This document shows, piece by piece, positions 10,718 to 22,450 of a stretch of 64,000 nt of DNA. The DNA is from Neophaeotheca triangularis (taxonomy: Eukaryota): positions 248,001-312,000 of the forward strand of contig BAAIJX010000013.1 in the NCBI GenBank assembly GCA_054600435.1. Reading direction: 5' to 3'. The notes beneath the pieces were generated by a model that worked only from the letters and a program-made list of their open reading frames with translations, was not told the origin of the DNA and made no database searches. Position 1 is the stretch's first letter, and each line of letters opens with the position of its first letter. The translations under genes were made by a program, and so were the position numbers.

Positions 10718-12673
10718 TCAACGTCCAGCCCAACCCCCCTCATCCCTAGGCAAATTGACGCCAAGCGCCTTCATCATGTTGCCCGCCGGGCCCGCCATAC
10801 CAGCCTGCCCCTTCAAACCCTGCAGCATATTCTTGGCGAAGTTCAAATCCACATCGTTGAATTCTTCCTCGTCCGAGCTGAGCTCTTCGTCCCCGGGGCC
10901 GATTTCGTTATCGCGTATTTCCTCGACATCGCTGGTGTCATCGAGCTCCTCGACGCGCGCTTTGCCTTTACTCTTGTCGCCCTTGGCGAGGGCGCCGCCG
11001 CTGCTGTCCATACCCGGTGGTCGCGCAGGGCCAAAGTACATTGGTTGCGCGGCTGGCGTTGCTTTCTCATCCTTCTTCTTCCCCTGCTGCGCGGCGTTCT
11101 TGCCACCTTTCCCGGACTTGATGGCACCGCGCTCGGCAAGCTCGCGGTCCATAGCCTCCATGACCTTCTTCATCTCCTCGTCCTCATCCTCATCGGGCTC
11201 GTTCCCTTCCTTCTCGTCATCGAGCGCCAGTTTCCGCGCTTCGTCGAAGAGCCCGCGCTTCTCCTTCTCCTCCGCCGGCATGCCCATCATCTCCTTCATG
11301 GCGCGCTCAAATTCCGCTTCGTCATACGAAGCGTTCTTGTCTTCGCCTGAATCGTCAGAGTCGGTGTCGTCGTCCATGTCTTCGTCGGCGCCTTCGAACC
11401 CGGCGTCTTCGTCGTTCATGAACTTTTCAAAGCGCGAGACCATATTACGGAGGTTTCCTTGGGCGGCGTTGTCATTCGACGCGGTGTTTGCTGCACCACT
11501 TTGCTGTTTGCGGTTTTTGTCGCCGGAGAGCTCGTTTTCGAAGTCGTTGTAGTCGATGTCGAGCCAAGAGTCGTCGTCTTGCTTTTGCGACCAGGTTTCG
11601 ATCTCTGAGTCGGTCGGGAGTTGCTGTTCGGCTGTTCGCACGTCGTCCAGATAGACTTGCAGCTCTCGTACAACTGACTTGTCCCTGTTTTGGGGGTCGC
11701 GCAAGAGCATTTCGAAGCCACAAGTCAGTTTCATCCCTACCGATACCTTGGGATCGTCCAGGTCGGCTACTTCCAGCCAGGTGGGAGGAGGCTCGAAGAC
11801 CTGGCCTTGGAGCTGCGCGTAGCCGACTTTAGTGAACGTGACGCTCACTGTGACGAGGTCGTCCGGTGGGAAAGTAAGGGTCGTCATGTCTTTGGTGACG
11901 AGAGGTTTGAGACTGATGGGATCTCTGAGGTAAAAGGCTTCGATCGCGGGTGATATGCTTGCAGGCTTGACGTGGAGTAGATAGGCCAGTCTACGGGGTA
12001 TATTAACGAAAGCATGGTGTAAGGAGGTGGAGATTGCTTTCGGGTAATCCTTGATGCGGTGAAACGCCTCTTCCTCAACGAAGGGAGAGACGATGAGCTT
12101 GTCGGGGCTGTTTCGAATGAAGTTTAGAGCATTTTCTAGAGACAAGTTACTCGATTGCGCTCCGTCCTGTATAGGGATGAGACGGAGGTGGCCATTGCTT
12201 ATCCAGACTCGATTGTTTGCCGTGTCGGGGTTTAGCCATTTCGGCAAGGCGTTGGCGGCTTCGATGAGCAGAAACTCGCCGTCCGTGTCGTATACGCGGA
12301 TCCAGGCATCGGGACATTTCTTGCTAAGTTGGAGAAGGAGGTAGACGGTCAACCACTCGTCCGCGATGGAATCTCCAAAGTTCAGGGACCATTTTAAGTG
12401 TGCAAGATTTGAAGGGTCGGTACTGGAAGCTCCCTCGAGTCTGAAGTCGAAAGAGTCTCTCTGCCAGATGTAATCCTGCAACAAATCCTTCTTCAACTCC
12501 TTGACTGTTTTCAATATTTGAGTGAGCCTGGTCCGTGTGGCGGATACGTCGTTCAGCAGCTTCTTGTCGATAACGTAAAGGACGTATTCGACGCAATCGT
12601 CTGGTAAGCGTTTGGGGAAGCCTTCGAAACCCTCGCCGAACCATTTGAAACCATCGTCCGGTGGTATGTCCAT
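10718..12673 (-). CDS. Ecdysoneless/SGT1-domain protein
   Basis: Motifs YIWQRD, FGDSIADEWL.VYLL..LS, DTDGEFLLIEAANALPKWL.P....NRVWI and C-terminal NLAKN-like ...QAGMAGPAGNMM. First in-frame ATG at 12673. Confidence 0.85.
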   Translation of the reverse strand: MDIPPDDGFKWFGEGFEGFPKRLPDDCVEYVLYVIDKKLLNDVSATRTRLTQILKTVKELKKDLLQDYIWQRDSFDFRLEGASSTDPSNLAHLKWSLNFGDSIADEWLTVYLLLQLSKKCPDAWIRVYDTDGEFLLIEAANALPKWLNPDTANNRVWISNGHLRLIPIQDGAQSSNLSLENALNFIRNSPDKLIVSPFVEEEAFHRIKDYPKAISTSLHHAFVNIPRRLAYLLHVKPASISPAIEAFYLRDPISLKPLVTKDMTTLTFPPDDLVTVSVTFTKVGYAQLQGQVFEPPPTWLEVADLDDPKVSVGMKLTCGFEMLLRDPQNRDKSVVRELQVYLDDVRTAEQQLPTDSEIETWSQKQDDDSWLDIDYNDFENELSGDKNRKQQSGAANTASNDNAAQGNLRNMVSRFEKFMNDEDAGFEGADEDMDDDTDSDDSGEDKNASYDEAEFERAMKEMMGMPAEEKEKRGLFDEARKLALDDEKEGNEPDEDEDEEMKKVMEAMDRELAERGAIKSGKGGKNAAQQGKKKDEKATPAAQPMYFGPARPPGMDSSGGALAKGDKSKGKARVEELDDTSDVEEIRDNEIGPGDEELSSDEEEFNDVDLNFAKNMLQGLKGQAGMAGPAGNMMKALGVNLPRDEGGWAGR

Positions 12674-12853
12674 GATTGCCGCCGCGCTCTGCAAAGAAAG
12701 GTTGAGCAAATCATCAGACGTCGGGTGGTGAAATGAAGTCGACCTCGACCTTAGGTAAGGCGATGGATTCGTGCTAGCGTCGGCCTCGGTCCGGCAAAGC
12801 TTCGGAAGTATAGCTTGTTTGTACCTGCAAGTGGTCCACTGCCAGTGTTTAGT

Positions 12854-12877
12854 AGTGTTTACGCGACGGTAAACACT
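12854..12877. promoter_or_regulatory. Inverted pair of forkhead-type sites (GTAAACA) in the ECD/PCP1 divergent promoter
   Basis: AGTGTTTAC-gcgacg-GTAAACACT, a perfect 9-bp inverted repeat. Confidence 0.5.
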
Positions 12878-13053
12878 GCCCAGGGTTCAGTGAGCCAGCT
12901 TCGCTTTAACCCTGCTTGTGCTGCTCAGACGAACTGACGGACCAACACCGCTTCTACCTATTTTTTACATAGCATTGCGCTACATACAACAGGCCTCCAA
13001 CGCCTGTCTCTTTGCTGCTCCAGTAGCCGGCGCGCATACTAACAGCAGCAATC

Positions 13054-16000
13054 ATGGCTCATGCCTATGTCGACACACCGCGGACCGACGCTGGCGATGC
13101 TACCAATCTTACCAACCACAACATCGACTTCTCCATGGTTCAGCCTTTCGCTTCCCCTTCCAAGAACCCGGCGGACAACTTGCGCAATCAGATGAAGGGC
13201 CTACGTGGAGATGCGCGCGCATACCAAACACCCCGCGCGCGCAACCCTCTGCTCGACAAACGCAACGCGAATGGCGCAAAGAAGCAAGAATTTACACCCC
13301 TCCTGAAAAGCACCCAACGGAACAGACTGCTCCAGCAGAGCATTCTCGAAGATGAGAAGGAGAACACCGCCAACGCCGCCCCAGCTACTCCGGCTGGTTT
13401 CCGATCAAGCTACATGAGCAACACCGGTGATCTACCCAACGGTACTATGCTCGATGAGCCCACGAGTAGTTCCGCCGATCCGCGAGAAGGTACGCCGGCG
13501 GCACCTCCGGCGAGCTCAAGTATGCTGGACTCGACACCTATGCCTCAACTTCCCGATCGAGGGAAGAATGGCGTCCTCGATCACGGCAATGCGCTCAGTC
13601 TCCGTGATCAGGAAGCCAAGCTCGATCAGATCCAGAAGGACAACTTTGGATTGAAACTCAAAATCCACTATCTGGAGGAGGCACTTCGCAAGAATGGCTC
13701 CGAGTACCACCAAACCACGCTCAAGGAGAACGTTCAGCTCAAGACGGATAAAGTCACGCTAGAGGCTGATTTGAAGAAGCAACGCAAGAAAATGCAGACC
13801 GCAGAGCATGAGCTCGAGGAGTATCGGCAACAGCTCAAGGACTACGCAGAGCGGATGAAGAAGAGGCACGCAAATGCGCGAGACGTCGAAGAGCTGGAGA
13901 GACTGCAAAAAATCGCCGAGGAGAAGGAGAAGGTAGCTCACGAGCGGGGAGAGGAGCTTGAGGATGTCCGGAGAAGACTGGAAGAGGCACAACAAGATGC
14001 GGAACAGGCTCAGAATGACGACGACGAAGCCCAGGGACTTCGTGAGGACATTCAGGATCTTGAGGCAGAAGTGCGAGATCGTGAGCGCAGGCTGGACGAG
14101 AAAGAGGAGCAGCTTGAGTCTCTACAAGAGCAGGTCAAAACCGCCAAGTCAGATTCTGAACAAGTTCAACACATGCAACAGGACATCGACGACCTCGAAG
14201 CTGAGCTGAAGGAAAAGGATGAAGAGATGGACGCAAAGACTGCCCGGATCTCTGAGCTCGAGGAGCGCGTGAACAATGCCTACGACCGCGAGAAGTCCAC
14301 CAAGAAGCTGAGAGGGGACGTCGCAGATCTTGAGAGCCAGTTGCGCGACAAGGACCAGGCTCTAGACGAGAGCAACGACCGCCTTCGCGAGATGGAGAAG
14401 AGGCTGCAAGCTGCCGAATCCACGAGTGCTGCTGGTCAAGGCCAGCGCGATGAAGACATTCGCAACGTGCAAAGGGAAATGGCCGACAAGGATGGAGAGA
14501 TCCAGGCACTGCAGGAACGTTTGCAAACGGCGCGCGGCAGCTGGGATGCCGAGGCTCACAGGACAGATGCACGACTCCAAGAGAAGGACGATGTGATACG
14601 CGAGCGGGAAGACCGGTTGCGTGAGAAGAGCCAGCTTGCCGAGGACCGGGAGCATGAGATCGCCAACTTGCAACGACAACTCCGCACGGCAGAGAGCGGC
14701 CAGGATGAGGCCGCTCGCAAGCAAACTCAGCACATCAACGAACAGGCCGAGCGTATTCGCGAGCTACAGGAGAAGCTTCGAGTGGCATCGGCATCTTCTC
14801 AGGCCAAGCTCAACGAGAAGGACGGCCTTGTCCAGTCGCGCGAGGCCGAGCTGCAGACACTGCAGAACCGCGTCAACTCGTTGCAATCCGGGGAAAGTGC
14901 CGAGCTGCGACTGAAGAGCGAACAATTAAAAGAGCTCCAGGCGTCGCTGAAGTCAAAGGAGAGCGAGGCCGCTGATCAATCGCATCAGCTGACGTCCCTC
15001 CGCAGCCGCCTTGGAGCGATGGAGACTCCGTCGAAGAAAGATGGCTTGATCAAGCAGCAGGCGGAGCAGGTGCGATCGTTGCAACAGCGCCTCCAAAAGC
15101 TCGCTCAGGAGAAGGATGACGAGCTGGACGATCTGGACCAGCAGCTGCAAAAGGCAGAGACAGAGAACCTGGAGCTGCAGTCGAAGGTCGAAAAGCTGCA
15201 AGAGAAGGCAAAGGCTGCCGAGCGGGATCAGAGCTTCATGGGACACCAGGATGACGAGGTCAAGGCAAAGCAAGAGCAGATCGATGCTCTGGAAAACGAG
15301 CTGGACCAATTGCGCACCAAACTGCGAGAAGCCCATGAGCAGCGACAAGAGGATGTGCGTAACTTGGAGCGTCAGCTCGAAGAATTGAGAGCCAGCGGTA
15401 CCGAAAATGCCCAAGGCACGCAACAGTCGCTGCGGAGATTGCGCGAGACCCTAGAAGCCGAACACGCGGAAGCACGCCAAGCGCTAGAAGACGAAATGCT
15501 CGTCCTCGAAGCTACTCTAGACGATGCGCATACCGAGAAGCAGGCTCTGGAAACTCGGGTGCAAGAGCTCGAAAACGACGTCAAGATTGCCATGCGAGCC
15601 AAGGACAACGGCACGCCTGTTCGCGAGCGAAACGAGTTACGCCGCCGACTCGAGACCTCCGAAGCCGAGCGCCAGGACTTCAAGACTACCGTCCAGAATC
15701 TGGAAGCCGAGCTCGATGCCGCGTATCAGGCAAAGGCAAATGGCACGCCTGTGCGCGAGAGGAACGAGTTGCGGACTAAGCTGCGCGAGGCCGAGAGCAG
15801 AGCGTCAAAACTCCAGGATCGTGTCGAGACGCTGGAGACCGAACTTGAGTTCGCAAGGCAGGAGAAGACGATTGCCGAAGAGCGCAAGGACTTGCACGAT
15901 CTTCTCAAAGACTCCAAGATCGAGGCCGAGCAGCTGCAAATCCAGCTCGCAGAGCGCGACCGCAAAATATCAGCAGCCACCAGAAAGGAAGCCGACCTCC

Positions 16001-17054
16001 GCACCCAGCTAGACGTCGCTCGAAGCGAAATTGACGACGTGCAAACACAACTCACGGACTACGAAACCCGTCTCCAAAACTCAGCAGCCAAGGAAAAAGA
16101 CCTGCGAGCCCAAGTCAAAGAGATGAAGAGTTTCAAGCTCCAGCTCGAAGACCTCGAGTGTCAACTCAGCGACCGCAAAGGCAGCTCCTCCGGCCACGCG
16201 CGCCGCGAAGCAGAACTCCGCGCCCAGCTGCGCGAGAGCAAAGCCGAGCTGCAAAACCTGCAAGCCGAGACGGCCGAAAAGGACTCGCAAATCCAGCTCG
16301 CCATGAGCCGGGAGCAAGACCTGCGCGCCCGCTTGCAGCGGAAGTCCAAGCCCTCCGCCACCACCACCGACGACGACAACACCTACCAGCAGCAAGACCT
16401 CGCCGCGCAGCTGGCCGACGCCGACCTCGAAGTGCAGACGCTGCAATCGCAGATCCAGGAGCGCGAGAGCAAACTCCAGTCGTCCCTGCAGCGGGAAGAG
16501 CAACTGCGGCAGAAGATCAAGAGCTTGCGCAACGCGGCCGAGAGCGAGCGGACGCTGGACCAGAAACAATTGGCCTCGCAACTGGAAGCCGGGCTGGCGA
16601 AATCGAAGCGCGAGGCCGTGGGTTTGCGCAAGGCGATTGACTTGTGGCGAGCGAGGCACCAGCGGGAAGAGGGTTTCCGACGGGACTTGGTCTTCACCAA
16701 GCGCTTTTTCCTGCTGCAGGTGGAGATGTACAATCAATGGTTCGTGATTATCCTTTCCCTTTTTTCGCTAAAGACTCGTCCCTTTTGTATTTTTTTTTTT
16801 ATTTTTGTTGGGAGCGCATACACTAACGTTGGTGGTTTCGCAGCAACAAAGCCGACCTACGCCTCTTGGAGGAAATGGGCATCACGCCCGACATGTCTTT
16901 CCGCGAGAAGAAGCATTCGCTGCGGACGGTGGGGATGGCGGTCTTGGCTTCGGTGAGGATGCGCAAGTTGCAGAAGGAGGGCGCCGGGCTCAAGGTGTTG
17001 GGGGAGTCACTGCAGAAGGCTGCTAGTCAGGCTGTTATGGGGAGGAGGAAGTAG
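13054..17054 (+). CDS. pcp1: Spindle pole body pericentrin-like protein (Pcp1/Spc110/PcpA); exons 13054-16739, 16844-17054
   Basis: N-terminal CM1 motif LSLRDQEAKLDQIQKDNFGLKLKIHYLEE and a long coiled coil. C-terminal PACT-like region DLVFTKRFFLLQVEMYNQCNKADL...LRTVGMAVLASVRMRKL appears after removing intron 16740-16843 (ACTAAC branch). Confidence 0.88.
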
Positions 17055-20000
17055 GGGGAAAGGGGTGTTCGTTGAGCGCTGCTCCTTTCTCTCGATTCTT
17101 TTGGCCGAATTCGGTGAGGCGTCATGGGGTCCTTTGGTAAGGACTGTGTGGATTTTGGAGCTCTGTCGCTTTGGGTCGACTGGGCTGGCTTTTCTTATTG
17201 GGTGCAAAGCGAGGGTGTTGGAGGCGTTGGAGCTACCATTCATCTTCTCGAGGACATTTGTTTGGGAGTCGAGAGTCGATCGAGCATCGATTCTATCTTA
17301 CCTTTCGTACTTGACGCTATGCGCTTACGGTTTCGACTTTTACTGTTATTGCTAGAGACGGGCCCGAACGGTCCTTGTTTGTGTCCAGCTAATAATGTTG
17401 ACCGAAGGACTTTGCAAAGGGTTAATGATCGCGATCCCAGGCAAGGCAGGACAGAAACGCCGAGTTTGTCCTTCTTTACTGTTCTACAGTAATCGGATAG
17501 CAGTGTGAACGGGAATCCTACTACACAACAACCCGAGATGTCTCGAGGGGCTGTCGTGACAAGCAGAAAACAACCTTGACAACAGCAATCGCCATTTAGG
17601 ACGTGCTCTCGCTTCTCGTTTGTAGAAAAGAACCCGTGTTAAAGGACTAGACGTCACTGTCTGTCCCCTGGGCCGCGAGCCACCGGGCCGGCGGGCCTGA
17701 CCATTCGATTGCAGCTGTATTGAGGTATGTACGGTAGTATGTGAGCTTCTCGTCGCTTCGCTTGTGCTGGAACAAAAGCACATTGATTGCTCAATGAAGA
17801 CGAACGGGCCCATTTAGCAGTCAGCCAGCCCGATTGTTCTGGAACATCTGGGCGTTTCCCGCGAAAACAATAAAATAAGGTGAGGTTGGAGGGTGCTCGA
17901 CAGTAGTGCAGGTAGGTAGCGACTCGGCGAGCGGGTAATGCAGCGGAAAACCAGCTTGTCGCATGCTCGCTCCTCCCGGGAAAAAAGACACCGTCTCGTT
18001 CTTAGTTGACGCGACCTCTAGGCACCAGGATAATCGTTCCAAGGCTTGTAGTTGAAGGTCCCCGACGCGACGGAAGTATTTGGGGGTGTGTGCGCACGGT
18101 GGCCGTTCTTTTTAGTCTGGCTTCTGGCGTAGGTGCATGGGCAGTAAGAGAACACCGCTTTTGAAGCGCGATAGGTACTGTAGATACTGTATCGGAGGGG
18201 ATTATTATTATTCCAAAAGGAAGCGGTGTGGTAACCGTACCGCGTACCTGGCAGATCTTTGGGGCGTCAGTAGTAGGAGGGACGGGAGGTAGTAGCCTGA
18301 TCTCCAAGACGTACACAATGAACGGCCAAGCGAATCGTCGTATAGAAGTGGAACTGCCACACCGCTTCCCATGGCTAGGTAAGTAGTAGAAGTAATAGAA
18401 GGTACCTAGTAGCTGCCCGCTTCCATTAACTTATTGTGGCCCTACTTACTGCGCTATCTGGCGGGCACGATAGAGAGGGAAGCGCAACGTGCATTTTTAA
18501 ATATTATTATTATTATTGCGAACTGCAGACGTGCATGCAAGCCACATGTAAAGTAGATTGCTGAGCTGTCGAGAGCACCGTGGCACCGGTTGAGCCTTTT
18601 CGTGGAGCACGCTTTGTTCCGAGAGCCCAGGATTCGAATGTCCTGCACTACAGTAAGAGCTGATACTAATACTACTTATTAGTACTGGGCAATACTACTT
18701 AATTAGCTATGATAGTGATCCATCCATTCTCGCGCACAGTGCGGCTGATGGCCTGATGCCCCTTCCTCTCAGCTCGTCGATGGCAGGAATCACCCAAGTC
18801 AAGGCTGTGTCGACAGCAATAGCAAGGCTTTGATTGATATATGATGGGTGATACAGCAGCTGAGTCGTGCTTGCTGACTGCGGATGATGATGATGATGAA
18901 CTCGCGGTGTACCTGCGTTGGTCGCCTTCTGTTAGGGCCATGATTATTGTTTTTATTTGGAATGGATTTATGGTGTCTGCAGGTGGTGTCTGCTATACTA
19001 CTACTGCAGGACCAGGCGGGCAAGTCATCAGGCCCGGGCGCTGCCAAGGTGGAGCCGCAATGTTGCTCACGCGCACTTGGCGTAACTTCAGCCTCACCAA
19101 AGTCTCTCCACTCATGTCGAACTCTCCCCTCGTCATTATTGGAAGATACCATAAGGTACAGGTAGGTACACCACAGAACTCTCCGCGGTTCTGACGTCTT
19201 GACATGCGGCTGAGATAACTGAAGGTATGCTGAGGTGATGCCCGGCAGCTAAGTTAGTAGTAGTGAGGCGAATGGCCTGTCTTGCCTGCCTGTTATTAAT
19301 TATTCGGGGCCCAAATGCCCCCGCTCGAGCTTCAACATGCGCCCAAATTTCGAGCGTTTGAACCGTCGCCTATCTTCGGCCCAACCAGTGCGACATGTAG
19401 CGAAGCGATATGATTGCGATGCACTATTATATTCTGTCCGCCTACGGCACTACGCGCAGAAAGCCTCGATTCTGGGAGCCTTGCATAGGCATGCAGGCAG
19501 CAGGCAGAAGCGGAAAATCGTCTATTATCCGTAGGCGAGATTCTCGACGAGGCATGGCGAGATATGTCTCTCCATCGCTAGTACAGCCATACAGAAGCTC
19601 ACGATTCGAGGACCGGTGAAGAAGCTCGAGGTGAAAGGCGTATCCGTACGGATAAAGCTGCCCCACTCATATAAAGACTTGGCAGAGAGCTGGGGTCGAG
19701 TTAACACATTAAGTAAGGTACCGTAAGGTAGGTAGTTGGTACTAGTAGGTAAGGAAGGACAAGGTAGCCCAGCTTCGTCTACTCTTTTCATGCGGCGCGT
19801 GCTCAAGCTTGAATTAGAACCACCAACCCCTCCGGCATGCTCGATCCGGCCAGGGACCACTAATAAATCTATCCAAACATCGCATAGAGTTATTACGGCA
19901 AGGGACCTGTTACTTGTCAAACGAATCAACTGGGTCATGCTCTCTATGGCCATTTCCTTCGTCCACAGAGCTTGATGAATGTTGGGTTGAAGGCTAGGAC

Positions 20001-20878
20001 GGCGGCACTATAGTCTACAGCAGCTCGCAGAGGTGCACGATCAGAATCACGTCAATAAAAATAACGAGGGTTACTGTACTGTCTTGATGACGAGCCAGCC
20101 CTGGAAGCGTAGCTTGTGATTACATCCCCGTCTGACAGAGCCACAAGAGCTTGACTGGCGGGGAGGGAAAGTAAAAACGTTTAGAGGCAGGCACATGGCG
20201 GGTATTATTGGGGGTACCGCTTATCAGCCGTTTGGCATCCAACGATCCAGTCATGGCCCTCCTGGGGCTCACCGGTGCGGCTACTTCTACGTAGCATGCC
20301 GATCTCACTCCAGGCCTGGTTTGATTCTTGACGGCTTGCTTTGCCCGTCTGTCGATGGACCATGTAGAAATTCGGACCGCGAGCAGGCCCCACTGCAATG
20401 AAGACAGGAAAGGTTTGAATATGCGCATTCAGCGATTGTAAACTTCAGCCTACCGCACAACCCAATCCCCACGACCAACCCTGGACCCAGCTCCACGCAG
20501 GCGCACGGGTAGAGTGTAAAGGTAAAAAATTCGACCGGCTCGACAAGCAAACGGTTCGGCAGCCTGGGCCGCAGGCTCCAAGATGCGAGGATGCCAGCCG
20601 GGGTGTGAATCCTTCGCAGAAACTAAGCACTATGCCACTATGCCCTTTCCGTTTAGCAGGTGTTGGTCCCCCAAATGGACCTCTGTTAACAAGTCTACAG
20701 CCCCAAGGCGCAGACATTCGTGCTAAATATGATTTCATGCCCCTCTGACGCAGCGCTCGACCATCAACGTCTTCATTTAGGGTTGATTATATCAAGTCCC
20801 AGCCCCGGGCAAACATACCAACGATTGTAAGAACCCTACTGGCTTGACACTCACACTGTCACTTGAGTTTTGGCAACC

Positions 20879-22281
20879 ATGGGCTCACCTTACCTTCAGT
20901 CTACCACGCACTCGCAACGAAACAGATCAAACAGCAACCTTTCTGTTCAATCGGCCGAGAATCGAAGTGGGATTAGAAAGCGAAGCACGTCGCGGTCGCC
21001 ATCCGTTTCAGCAACTCAGATCGACCGGCTGCATCACCTCGCCTTGAACGAATCGACTCAAGCTGACCCCGTTGCACTGTCCTCGTCTTCTTCATCGAGC
21101 ACCAGTGATCGGTGGACATCATCCAACGAGTTTTCGCAGCCAACCTCCTACCCAGGCTCCAATTTTGAGCCTCTTCAGAATTGGAGGACGCTTCCTCACT
21201 CCGAGTCTCGAGTTCCTAGTTTTTCAATCGATCGGGTCAACGCAGCCTTGCTTGATAGCAACACCACAAACAGCTTTTCGTTGGATCCTCCAGCAACAAC
21301 GGCAGATATGAGGTATGACAGCACAATCAAGAATGGCGCCTGTCAGCTGCTGACAACAGGGTAGCTCGCTAGGTTTCATGCTTCCAACCCATTACGGAGC
21401 AATAACGAATCAATACGCCGCGGAACCAAACAGTGAGTGTCGTCGATGAAGAGTGCGAGTCACTGTTTTAACAAACTTCCTAGCCTACAACATGGACCAA
21501 AATTTCATACCATCGATACGAATGACAAACCCGATGTACAACCAATCAACAGCGTCGCCCAGTCCTGGATTGTACCAAAGTCAGAGTGTACCGGAAGCCA
21601 GCATACGTCGAGATTCTGGCTTTCACAGCTCGACCTATCCAGGCTCGAACTGCCTTGACCACCGCCGCATGACCAGCCCCTATACTGGCTCCATGTCGAA
21701 CGCCCAGTACAGTGCTTCGTCGGGTCAGACAATGCCAGCGATCGGTGGCATTACTCACAGTCCAGCGCCTTCGCCCCTCCTAAGTTCATCGTCCGGTGGG
21801 ACTTTGATATCGGGACAACACCAGAGGGATGCCTCTTCAAGGTAGAATGCAAATCTTCTATTCAATACTACAACTAGGCTGACACGATAAAAGGTCTCCC
21901 GGCATGTACGATCCGAACATGTATGGGACAAGCGCACCGTCAGGGACAAGCCTGAATGCCGCAAGCCAAAGCCTCAATTACCCACCGACCTACATCAACA
22001 GCAACGGTAGCGAAGGACCACCAGACATCCCATGTAGCGAATCCTCAATGCGAGTCTTGAACGAACGACCGAAACCGCAGTGTTGGGAACACGGTTGCAA
22101 CGGGCGCCAATTTTCGACTTTCAGCAATCTGCTGCGCCATCAAAGAGAAAAGTCCGGTACAGCGGCCAAGTCGTACTGTCCTAGATGCGGCGCCGAATTC
22201 ACGCGCAGTACCGCGCGCAACGGCCACCTGGCTCACGACAAGTGCAGCAAACAACGCAGCGATTCCGGCAGCGAGCAATGA
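20879..22281 (+). CDS. Fungal C2H2 zinc-finger protein; exons 20879-21312, 21365-21432, 21484-21841, 21894-22281 (true start uncertain)
   Basis: C-terminal KPQCWEHGCNGRQFSTFSNLLRHQREKSG...CPRCGAEFTRSTARNGHLAHDKC. Three 51-52 nt GT-AG introns keep the frame open; N-terminus is S/P/Q-rich. Confidence 0.75.
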
Positions 22282-22422
22282 TGCGCCGCACCGAATGGCA
22301 CGAGCTTACGACTCACGAACACGAGGCGCGGGCATTTTCCAACACTGTACCGCGTCGATAACAGCCTTGGCTTGCGAACGCGCGAGCACAACCTCTTCCG
22401 GCTGTCTTGCAACAACACCACA

Positions 22423-22450
22423 GCAGCCCGCAGCCCGCAGCCCGCAGCCC
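22423..22450 (+). repeat. (GCAGCCC)4 tandem repeat downstream of the C2H2 gene
   Basis: Four exact 7-nt copies. Confidence 0.9.

Noticed and set aside
20777..20784. TTAGGGTT (AACCCTAA on the minus strand) as a telomerase RNA template
   Set aside because: Only 8 nt, expected by chance. I could not identify pseudoknot or CR4/5 elements, and it lies just upstream of a coding gene.
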